Shown piece by piece: positions 57,801-64,000 of a stretch of DNA of 64,000 bases. This DNA comes from a virus: positions 23,836 through 87,835 of IMG/VR virus record IMGVR_UViG_3300033273_000513, one strand, 5' to 3'. The translations under genes and the position numbers were made by a program. The notes below the pieces were generated by a model. The model did not search any database. It was not told the origin of the DNA and was given only the letters and a program-made list of their open reading frames with translations. The number at the start of each line of letters is the position of its first letter. Positions within the stretch are counted from its first letter, which is position 1.

Positions 57801-59625
57801 TGGTGTGACAATTACACAAGAAGGTAATCTCACAGCGTCTGCAAAACTAATTAACACTGCAGGTATCGCTAGTGTTGGTACTCAGACCTTTAGTATTACA
57901 AATCCTGGTATTGGATATACACCTTCTTCTGGATCTTTGGTTTATTCCAATGTTCCTATGGTTGCTTTGACTGGTTCTGGTTCGGGAATGGTAGCTAACG
58001 TTACGGTAAACAACGGACAAATTTCTGCGGTTGACGTAACAAACGGTGGTCAAAACTTTGCAGTTGGTGATACTGTTGGTGTTAGCACTCTTGGACTTGG
58101 AAATGGATCTAGTGCGGTTCTTTCTGTTGGAGTCGTGACTTCTACCAACACACTGATTTTAGATAATATTCAAGGCACTTTCAATACAGGTGTTGGCACA
58201 ATCACCTTTGATAATGGAAGCAGTATTGTTCAACTTGGTGCGGGAGTAACCATTACTTCGTTTGATGTTGATTCTACAAATGATGGTTTACACATGAGAG
58301 TGAGCCATAGAGCTCATGCGATGCACGCCTTTAACAATAGAGTTAAAATTAGTGGTGTTGAATCTGATGTTCCAGTAACTACATTGAGTGCAGATTACAA
58401 CAGTGACTCTACTGGTGATATCTCTGTTGTTTCTTCTGCAAACTTTGACACCTTTGAAGGTGTTGGTGTTGGAACTACTAACCATGGATATCTGAAGATC
58501 GGTAATGAAATCATCGCATACACTGGAACCGCTTCTGGTTCTATCACTGGTATCTCGACCAGAGGTGTTGATGACACTGGTTCTTTCACATATGAATCTG
58601 GCACTGAAGTCAGAAAATATGAATTTGGTGGTGTTTCATTGAGAAGAATCAACAAGACTCATGATATGAATAATCCAAATGTGACTGTTCCAGATGAAAA
58701 AGATCTGGATCATTATCACATTAAACTTGATATGAGTTCTAATGGAACAGATAGAAGTGGTGCTAGTTTGCCAGACAGATTCTTCACCTCCACTAAACAG
58801 TCTGGTGGTGATAACATTACGGCTACTCAAAATATTCAGTTTGAAACTATTACACCTAACGTTCAAATTCTCACTCCTCCTGGAACCTCTGTATCTGGAA
58901 GAGTTAGAACAGTTTCTGCGACTAGTATAGATGGTTCTGAAGAATCATTCATTGATCAGGGATTTGAATCAATTGATCTTGGTGGCCAAAACCATTTTGA
59001 CACTCCAAGAATGATTGCCTCTGAAATCAATGAAATAGAACAATTGGATACACTCCCTGCGAACAAGTCGTTCACACTGGAGAACATTATGATCACAACT
59101 GATCCAAATGTATCTCCTGTTATCGACCTTGATAGAGTCAACGTTTGTCTAACAACCAATAGAATTAATAGTCCTGTAAGTAACTTTGCAACTGATCCAA
59201 ACGTAAGAATCACAGGACAAGATCCTTGTGCTTCTACATACGTTTCCAAACTGGTCGTTCTGGAGAATCCAGCTAGTGAGATCAAAGTCAACTTTGCTGC
59301 ATACAGAAGAAATTCTTCTGATATCAGAGTATTCTTCAAGACTTTAAGTGAGGGTTCAACCGAGAACACAATGAATATTAACTTCACACCTTTCCCAGGT
59401 ACAGGAAACTTCACTCAAGGTGGAACTGTTCGTAATTCCTCTGCAAGCAATGGTCTTCCAGATGCTTTGACAACAGCAAGCACAGACTTTGGTTACAAGG
59501 ATTATGAATTTACTACAGGTAGTATTCCTAGATTCACTAAGTTCCAAATCAAGATTGACATGGTTGGAACGAATCAGGCAGAACCACCATACATCAAAGA
59601 CCTTCGCGCTATTGCACTTGCATAA
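51823..59625 (+). CDS. Large virion structural protein (VrlC/DUF4815-like)
   Basis: PYFDDFD...VLFKPG..VQARELSTLQSILQ; RFKSGFFVDNF; DPLAQTF; GSLFKSQN motifs. Confidence 0.8.
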   Translation: MPQETNLNVSPYFDDFDKDKNFKKVLFKPGTPVQARELSTLQSILQDQIEQFGVHFFKEGSKVIPGNLTYNPDYQCIQIESTYLSVPVSLYLEQLVGKRITGERSGVTAQVVSVLTEEESERGIITLYLNYESSSTLDNETETFLSGESLITLSNITYGLSVISANEPFANTIASGANQTGTAMSVGEGVYFARGTFVQVPNETLILDQYSQTPTYRIGFQVSEEIITSNEDESLNDNAAGFTNFAAPGADRFKISLTLAKKDIDDIVDPDFIEIARVVQGSMQTFVKETNYNLIRDAMAKRTYDESGDYCVDPFEVFMKESLNDQVGNKGLFTDIQTTPDGNVPSEDLMIAQVSPGKAYIKGYDIETIAPTLIDVSKARTTKSVKQEPITYVTGNPIFVNNVFGSPAIGIGTTATVSLISSRRKGETNLGIDSYGEEVGLARLYDFKAQSASYVNSSTIFESRLFDVKLFTKLQVGTAITSITASDYIEGARSGAGGFVRTAGTNVTELTLSDVNGQFLNDENIIINGNADGRTITKITDFNIDDVKSMRSYVGVSTFEADLILDEISRLDNVTTGSFEYTKTSSTTGIITATGGNFAGILTTGNILSYSLGSSRVPQFNRVTGVSTTGDEVSIAAIPSIPNVNNGSVSSSNKVTITDLRRRDTTFAITENTLTTPVNKPNVESLDVTTTNIQLRKQYSDITVTNSGFTSPAAGKDLFFQPFDEERYLISYDDGSIEPLTPSQFTKADDSKTVTFTALSKSSGKANLFATVLKSNVRNKSKLLNEANVLVINRSKLASSGIGTNTLNDGLTNSRVYGTRVQDRQISLNVPEAIELLGVFESNDASDPDLPGITLGAYSGPSGNNSDMRIGEKLIGIDSDAVAVITEKPNTTTVGAVFLNENTFSIGERVRTSTTNITAIVAGTTPGDRNVTNQYFMVTNDKDTYYDYSYLERDKNAPEPSNRLKIVFKNLFVEASDEGDFYTASSYPSNLPREIIPINGFYDRITSDLIDIRPRVSNYDTSSSVSPFDFASRSFASTGSSINDPMVSDEQIIVDYEYYQGRRDRLFLDKDGKFLYVTGFPSDDPTEPEPVKDAIEVCKVEVPPYVYNVKDVTVRTTEHKRYTMKDIGGLEQRIENIEFYTQLSLLETETSNLQIVDANGLNRFKSGFFVDNFKSHDSHHIAHVDFSASIDRKEGILRPGHYTTAIDLIPGSASLVGIGTSSNQNVDLNFVDDIDGLNIRKTGSLITLNYEEVEYFKQPYASRVENCTPFLVIFYEGDLELTPNSDTWVATRRVNAQTVNQTAAFDAATAILGVNAQTGLSEVDWGAWETTWTGERVIRRRVESTTTRGAAQTNVTGVNFTSNTQNTGRANVGARSASGRSRVNIGLQNSRTNLATRTTTTTTRDTFRLERTMADIETTTRQSRNGIQFQITPTTNRQSIGDRILSRDIVPFMRSRSIQFSATKMKPLTRIYGFFDGVNVTRYMTPKLLEISMTSGRFRIGETVFGYTTNARRRGRTPDFIFRICAPNHKDGPFNSPTNRYGRNPYANAGNIPANYSTSSTILNVDTFSLASQAQGQFRGQVSPNMILEGRSSGAQARVTDIRFITDSIGKLQGTFQVPDPDRQANPRWETGTKTLKFTTSNTNSLIVGTVTSSAESNFYAQGELQTVRETVLSTRIPQIRRIDHTEQRVQNGRITRQEGPDRLTVNTEVLDRNTQTQTAAIDTQRVNNINLDVTEQTFVDRRQFITQNIDRRQFITNRITNVTQNIDRRQFITINRRRRRRDPLAQTFTVGETTGMFITGIDVFFQSKDETLPVILEMRTVETGLPTQKVLPFGTVEKEPDDVNISDDGSVPTRFTFSSPVYLNGETEYAVVLLSDVTTYNAWIARMGEVDIATRNLPDAQQTIITQQPYLGSLFKSQNGGTWDPSQYEDLKMTLYSAKFDNSTGIARFYNPKLDEGNKQIITLPENPIRILSKKATVGLGTTFASPAGFIPGVTITQEGNLTASAKLINTAGIASVGTQTFSITNPGIGYTPSSGSLVYSNVPMVALTGSGSGMVANVTVNNGQISAVDVTNGGQNFAVGDTVGVSTLGLGNGSSAVLSVGVVTSTNTLILDNIQGTFNTGVGTITFDNGSSIVQLGAGVTITSFDVDSTNDGLHMRVSHRAHAMHAFNNRVKISGVESDVPVTTLSADYNSDSTGDISVVSSANFDTFEGVGVGTTNHGYLKIGNEIIAYTGTASGSITGISTRGVDDTGSFTYESGTEVRKYEFGGVSLRRINKTHDMNNPNVTVPDEKDLDHYHIKLDMSSNGTDRSGASLPDRFFTSTKQSGGDNITATQNIQFETITPNVQILTPPGTSVSGRVRTVSATSIDGSEESFIDQGFESIDLGGQNHFDTPRMIASEINEIEQLDTLPANKSFTLENIMITTDPNVSPVIDLDRVNVCLTTNRINSPVSNFATDPNVRITGQDPCASTYVSKLVVLENPASEIKVNFAAYRRNSSDIRVFFKTLSEGSTENTMNINFTPFPGTGNFTQGGTVRNSSASNGLPDALTTASTDFGYKDYEFTTGSIPRFTKFQIKIDMVGTNQAEPPYIKDLRAIALA
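57041..57170 (+). repeat. In-frame repeats encoding (TQNI)DRRQFIT x3 followed by Arg6
   Basis: 34-nt identical copies at 57061-57094 and 57112-57145. Confidence 0.85.
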
Positions 59626-59858
59626 TGTCTGAATATCTTAAAGTAGAGGGTCATTCGGAGTTAGTCCGAGACCCCAACACTCACGCGATCATCAACAAAG
59701 ATAGATCTGCTTATGAAAATTATATGGCTAGAAAGAAAGCCTTGGAAAAGAAAAATTCCGAATTTGAATCAATGAAGAATGAACTTGATAATGTAAAGAG
59801 TGATATTGGAGACATCAAAGATATGTTGTCTTCTATTGTACAGAAACTAAATAGTTAG
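59625..59858 (+). CDS. Small coiled-coil hypothetical protein
   Basis: TAATG coupling; KVEGHSELVRD motif. Confidence 0.75.
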   Translation: MSEYLKVEGHSELVRDPNTHAIINKDRSAYENYMARKKALEKKNSEFESMKNELDNVKSDIGDIKDMLSSIVQKLNS

Positions 59859-59863
59859 AAAAA

Positions 59864-60226
59864 ATGGCACAGAAGGTAATTACATTTGACCCAGAAGTTG
59901 CCGTTCCCTTTGGCTCTAATCTGACCATTTTCTCTGGTGCAGATTTTGATGCAGTCTTTACGGTAAAGACCTCTGCAGGTTCCAGTATTAACTTCACTGG
60001 TTATACAGGAACCAGTAACATGAAGAAGTCTGTGATTGGAACAGCAAACACTTTTACTGTAGGACTGGGAAGTGATAACGGTAGAATCACCCTTTCAATG
60101 GGTTCTACTGAAACCAGAAGTTTGGAAGAGGGTAGATACCTCTACGATGTAAACGTGAGTTCTGGTTCTACCTTCTTCAAAGTGATTGAAGGTAACATCA
60201 TCGTTAGAGCAGGAATTTCGACTTAA
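59864..60226 (+). CDS. Virion structural protein (Ig-like beta sandwich)
   Basis: GADF...GRYLYDV...KVIEG pattern; preceded by CTAAATA. Confidence 0.7.
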   Translation: MAQKVITFDPEVAVPFGSNLTIFSGADFDAVFTVKTSAGSSINFTGYTGTSNMKKSVIGTANTFTVGLGSDNGRITLSMGSTETRSLEEGRYLYDVNVSSGSTFFKVIEGNIIVRAGIST

Positions 60227-60237
60227 GAGGTAGATGA

Positions 60238-61080
60238 ATGGCTCAACCAAGTTCAAGGCAAGGTTTAATTGATTATGCCAAAAGACAATTAGGTTATCCT
60301 GTTCTAGAAATCAACGTAGCAGACGAACAGTTTCAAGACCTGTTAGATGATGCTGTTCAGATGTATCAAGAACGTCACTATGACGGTATTGAGAGAATGT
60401 ACCTCAAGTACAAGATTACTGAGGATGATATCAATAGAGGACGTGCTAGGGGTAATAGTAGTGTGGCGGGTATCACTACCACAAGTGCTACTTCAACCAT
60501 CGTAGGCACCGCTGTAACGTTCTCTCTGGAGGAGAATAGTAACTATATCGCAATCCCACCATCTGTCATTGGTGTCAACTCGATTCTTAAAGTTCGATCT
60601 GACACTGTATATGATGGACTCTTCAATATTAGATATCAATTGTTCCTGAATGATATCTATAATTTCCAATCTATCGACTTACTTCAGTATTCGATGGTTC
60701 AGACTTATCTTGAAGACATCACACATTTGTTGAATCCAGAAGTAAGATATCGTTTCAATATTCGTCAAGATAGACTTTATGTTGATGTTGACTGGGCACA
60801 GTTGACCGCAGGGGATTACTTAGTGATTGACTGTTTCAGAATCCTTGATCCGAATAATTTCACTCGTGTATATAATGCACCATTCTTGAAGAAATACTTC
60901 ACTGCATTGTGTAAGAAACAGTGGGGTATGAACTTGATCAAGTTCCAGGGCGTTCAACTTCCTGGTGGTGTTCAACTGAATGGAAGACAAATTTATGATG
61001 ATGGTGTAAGAGAGTTGGAAACAATTGAAGCCAAGATGCCATCTACATATGAAATGCCTCCCCTTGATATGATCGGGTAA
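60238..61080 (+). CDS. gp13: Neck protein gp13
   Basis: LGYPVLEINV; KKQWGMNLIKFQGVQLPGGVQLNG. Confidence 0.92.
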   Translation: MAQPSSRQGLIDYAKRQLGYPVLEINVADEQFQDLLDDAVQMYQERHYDGIERMYLKYKITEDDINRGRARGNSSVAGITTTSATSTIVGTAVTFSLEENSNYIAIPPSVIGVNSILKVRSDTVYDGLFNIRYQLFLNDIYNFQSIDLLQYSMVQTYLEDITHLLNPEVRYRFNIRQDRLYVDVDWAQLTAGDYLVIDCFRILDPNNFTRVYNAPFLKKYFTALCKKQWGMNLIKFQGVQLPGGVQLNGRQIYDDGVRELETIEAKMPSTYEMPPLDMIG

Positions 61081-62459
61081 TGTTAAATCCTTTTTTCCTA
61101 CAGGGTTCCCAAGGGGAACAGGGTCTAGTTCAAGACCTGATCAATGAACAGTTGAGAATGTATGGCATTGAGTGTCATTACATTCCTAGAAAGTTGATGA
61201 CATCTAGAACAATCATGAAAGAAGTGATTGAATCTAGATTTGACCAGGCTTTCCCATTGGAAGCTTACTTGATGAACATTGATGGATATGCAGGTCAAGG
61301 AGAACTTTTAACTAAGTTTGGTATCCGCAATGTTGATGAAGCAAATTTCGTCATCTCTAAAGAGAGATTTGAAGAAGCTATCGCACCATTCTTGGCAGAA
61401 CAAGATGAGTATGAATTGACTCGTCCCAAAGAAGGGGATTTGATTTTCTTTCCCCTTGGCAAAAGACTGTTTGAGATCAAGTTTGTAGAACATGAAAAAC
61501 CTTTCTATCAACTGAACCAGACATACGTCTATCAACTCAATTGTGAACTCTTTGAGTATGAGGATGAGGTCATTGATACTGATGTATCTGCAATTGATCA
61601 GGTAGTTCAAACTGAAGGGTACTTTGCAAGACTTATCCTTTCACAAGTCGGTAGTGATGCAACAGCCAGTACTGGAGTTGTATTTGGTGCAGTCAACCAG
61701 ATCTTCCTAGAAGATGATGGATATGGTTATGTAACTGCTCCTACTGTATCCATCAGCACATCTCCTGGAACTGATGCGACTGCGGTGGCTATCATGACCG
61801 AGAGGTCTGGTATTGCTACTGGTCAATCTATTGATAGGATTCTGATCTTGAATCCTGGTAGTGGATACACTGGTATTCCGACTGTTAGTGTCAATGGTTC
61901 TGGTATCGCCACTGCAGGTATCACGACTTTGGGTGCAGTTGGTGTTGTCACAATCACAAGTGGTGGTTCTGGTTATACAACCACACCTACAGTCACATTC
62001 TCTGCACCAACGTCTGGCACCACTGCAACTGGTGAAGCTGTCATGGTTGGAGGCACGATCAGTGCAGTCAGACTATCTAATGCTGGTGCGGGATATACCG
62101 CTGGTCAAAATGTCACCGTCACGATCGGTGCTGCAACAACCATCGGCACTGGTAACTACGTCTTTAATGAAACTGTATCTGTTGGTGATGTTACTGCAAG
62201 AGTCAAAGTTTGGGACGCAAGTTCTAACACTCTAGACATCAACATGTTGAGTGCGATGGAATTCCCAGTCGGTGGTAAAATTGTTGGACAAGAATCTGGT
62301 GCAACGTACATCATCAAGTCTGTCAGTTATGATACACCAACAGACTTCCCGAATGATGATCTGTATCAGGCAAATCAGTACAATGATAATGCAAAGTTTG
62401 AGAGTGAGGCTGATAACTTATTAGACTTCTCAGAGAGGAACCCGTTCGGTACTTTCTAA
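61080..62459 (+). CDS. gp14: Neck protein gp14 with repeat insertion
   Basis: EQGLVQDLINEQLRMYG; RPKEGDLIFFP; ends DFSERNPFG. Confidence 0.9.
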   Translation: MLNPFFLQGSQGEQGLVQDLINEQLRMYGIECHYIPRKLMTSRTIMKEVIESRFDQAFPLEAYLMNIDGYAGQGELLTKFGIRNVDEANFVISKERFEEAIAPFLAEQDEYELTRPKEGDLIFFPLGKRLFEIKFVEHEKPFYQLNQTYVYQLNCELFEYEDEVIDTDVSAIDQVVQTEGYFARLILSQVGSDATASTGVVFGAVNQIFLEDDGYGYVTAPTVSISTSPGTDATAVAIMTERSGIATGQSIDRILILNPGSGYTGIPTVSVNGSGIATAGITTLGAVGVVTITSGGSGYTTTPTVTFSAPTSGTTATGEAVMVGGTISAVRLSNAGAGYTAGQNVTVTIGAATTIGTGNYVFNETVSVGDVTARVKVWDASSNTLDINMLSAMEFPVGGKIVGQESGATYIIKSVSYDTPTDFPNDDLYQANQYNDNAKFESEADNLLDFSERNPFGTF

Positions 62460-62479
62460 ATAGTTAGAAAATACTTGAA

Positions 62480-63496
62480 ATGTTAGGCACTTACTTCTAT
62501 CATGAGATATTAAGAAAGACAGTTATCGGTTTCGGTACTCTCTTTAATGATATCAATATTCGACACCGCGATGCGAGTGGGACAAGTTTTAGTAACTTGA
62601 AAGTTCCACTCGCGTATGGTCCTATTCAGAAGTTTCTGGCAAGAATTCAACAACAACCAGATCTGAATAGAGAAGTTGCACTAACATTACCTCGACTCTC
62701 TTTTGAGATGACAGGTCTTCAATATGATCCATCTAGAAAGACTGGTGTCACACAAACATTCCTGGCAAGTCAGAGTGGGAATGTAAAAAAAGTTTATATG
62801 CCTGTCCCATATAATGTGACTTTTGAATTGAACATCATCTCTAAACTGAATGATGATTCTCTTCAAATCATTGAACAGATTCTGCCATATTTCCAACCAT
62901 CTCTCAACATCACAATCAATCTCATCAGTGCGATCGGTGAGAAGAAGGACGTACCAATCGTGATGGAGAGTATCACACAAAACGACCAGTATGAGGGTGG
63001 TTTTGATAGTCGTCGATTAATTATTCACACACTCAGATTTACTGCAAAAACATACTTGTTTGGACCTGTTGCAGAGAGCACCGATGGTCTTATCAAGAGA
63101 GTGGATGTGGACTACTACACCAATACAAATGTCAGGACTGCAAAGAGAGTACAAAGATATACCGCAACACCAAAAGCTCTGCAAGATTACAACGACGACA
63201 ATGCAACCGTCGTCGATGGTGCGATCTCCACGAAAGTCACAAAAATCAAAGTCAGTGCATCTACAGATCTCACAGTCGGTGGTCGTATCATCATCGGTGG
63301 TGAGATTATGTATGTTGAAAAAATCAACGGACAAGATGTTAATGTCATCAGAGGATATGATAACACCGCAATCGCAGAACATGAACACGGTGCAACCGTC
63401 AATGTTCTCAATGCTGCGGATGATGCACTCATTGAGTTTGGTGATGACTTTGGATTTAATGAAACGTCCTCCTTCTTCACCGATGGAGGTGCGTGA
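62480..63496 (+). CDS. gp15: Tail terminator / sheath stabilizer gp15
   Basis: YFYHEILRKTVIGFGTLFN; VPLAYGP; LPRLSFE; QIIEQILPYFQP. Confidence 0.92.
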   Translation: MLGTYFYHEILRKTVIGFGTLFNDINIRHRDASGTSFSNLKVPLAYGPIQKFLARIQQQPDLNREVALTLPRLSFEMTGLQYDPSRKTGVTQTFLASQSGNVKKVYMPVPYNVTFELNIISKLNDDSLQIIEQILPYFQPSLNITINLISAIGEKKDVPIVMESITQNDQYEGGFDSRRLIIHTLRFTAKTYLFGPVAESTDGLIKRVDVDYYTNTNVRTAKRVQRYTATPKALQDYNDDNATVVDGAISTKVTKIKVSASTDLTVGGRIIIGGEIMYVEKINGQDVNVIRGYDNTAIAEHEHGATVNVLNAADDALIEFGDDFGFNETSSFFTDGGA

Positions 63497-63909
63497 TGAA
63501 AAACTTCGATGCGATCAATGATGCTCTTGATGTAGAAGCTTCGATTGTGCCTGTGGAGGAAACTCCAAAACCAGTTCAGAAACCCAAAGAAAAGGATGAC
63601 ATCAATAAAGATTATGAATACTCTAGAGGTAATCTATATTCTTTGATTGAGAAGGGTCAGGAAGCTGTCAATGGTATTCTTGAACTTGCACAGGAATCTG
63701 ATTCTGCAAGAGCATATGAAGTTGCAGGTCAGTTGATCAAGAGTGTTGCAGACACCACAGATAAACTAATTGATCTTCAGAAAAAGATGAAAGATATTGA
63801 TGAAGAACCAAACAGAGGTCCTACCAATGTAACAAACGCTCTGTTTGTTGGTTCTACTGCAGAACTTCAAAAACTACTCAAGCAACAGAAAAATAAGGAT
63901 GTTAAATGA
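63496..63909 (+). CDS. gp16: Terminase small subunit gp16
   Basis: DYEYSRGNLY...ARAYEVAGQLIK...NALFVGSTAELQK. Confidence 0.9.
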   Translation: MKNFDAINDALDVEASIVPVEETPKPVQKPKEKDDINKDYEYSRGNLYSLIEKGQEAVNGILELAQESDSARAYEVAGQLIKSVADTTDKLIDLQKKMKDIDEEPNRGPTNVTNALFVGSTAELQKLLKQQKNKDVK

Positions 63910-64000
63910 AGTCTCAAGAACTGTCGGAATTTTTTAGTCTAATTGGTCAGGCTAAAAAAGAAAAAGAAGAAGAATTTGATAACCTACTCAAGGAAGCCAA
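63906..64000 (+). CDS. 5' end of hypothetical protein (truncated by window)
   Basis: ATGA overlap with gp16; MKSQELSEFFSLIG... is open to the window end. Confidence 0.55.
   Translation, partial: MKSQELSEFFSLIGQAKKEKEEEFDNLLKEA

Noticed and set aside
1-64000. tRNA/rRNA genes, introns or inteins
   Set aside because: No cloverleaf with T-loop consensus was noticed in the few intergenic gaps. The core genes are uninterrupted, and no intein splice motifs were evident by eye.

Overview
This window is a 64-kb segment of a T4-like marine cyanomyovirus (Kyanoviridae-like), coded almost entirely on the + strand. Assignments come from motif recognition and gene order; no database search was run. There are four zones. 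(1) 0.2-20.1 kb is a late-expressed tail fibre/adhesin island. Most genes have their own ATAAATA late promoter, three fibres are built from interchangeable ~70-130 aa modules joined by a nucleotide-conserved ERxRIDSSG linker, and four genes share a leader hairpin GGG-GGAKAGTGAA-CCC. (2) 20.1-32.4 kb is an early/hypervariable region of about 35 small ORFs plus a ParB-like protein, a GIY-YIG endonuclease, an SF2 helicase and a dTDP-glucose 4,6-dehydratase. It is punctuated by about 11 copies of a promoter cassette (GACAGT-N6-ACTGTC palindrome 31-33 nt upstream of a -10 box). (3) 32.4-33.5 kb is mostly non-coding. It holds an AT-rich tract, an exactly 34-bp-periodic six-copy array, two leftward sigma70-type promoters with no convincing gene to drive, and GC hairpins; it is a candidate replication origin or ncRNA locus. 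(4) 33.5-64 kb holds a glycosyltransferase-like gene and then the conserved virion module gp25-gp6-gp7-gp8-VrlC-like-gp13-gp14-gp15-gp16. I saw no tRNA, rRNA, CRISPR-Cas, integrase, invertase or reverse transcriptase.
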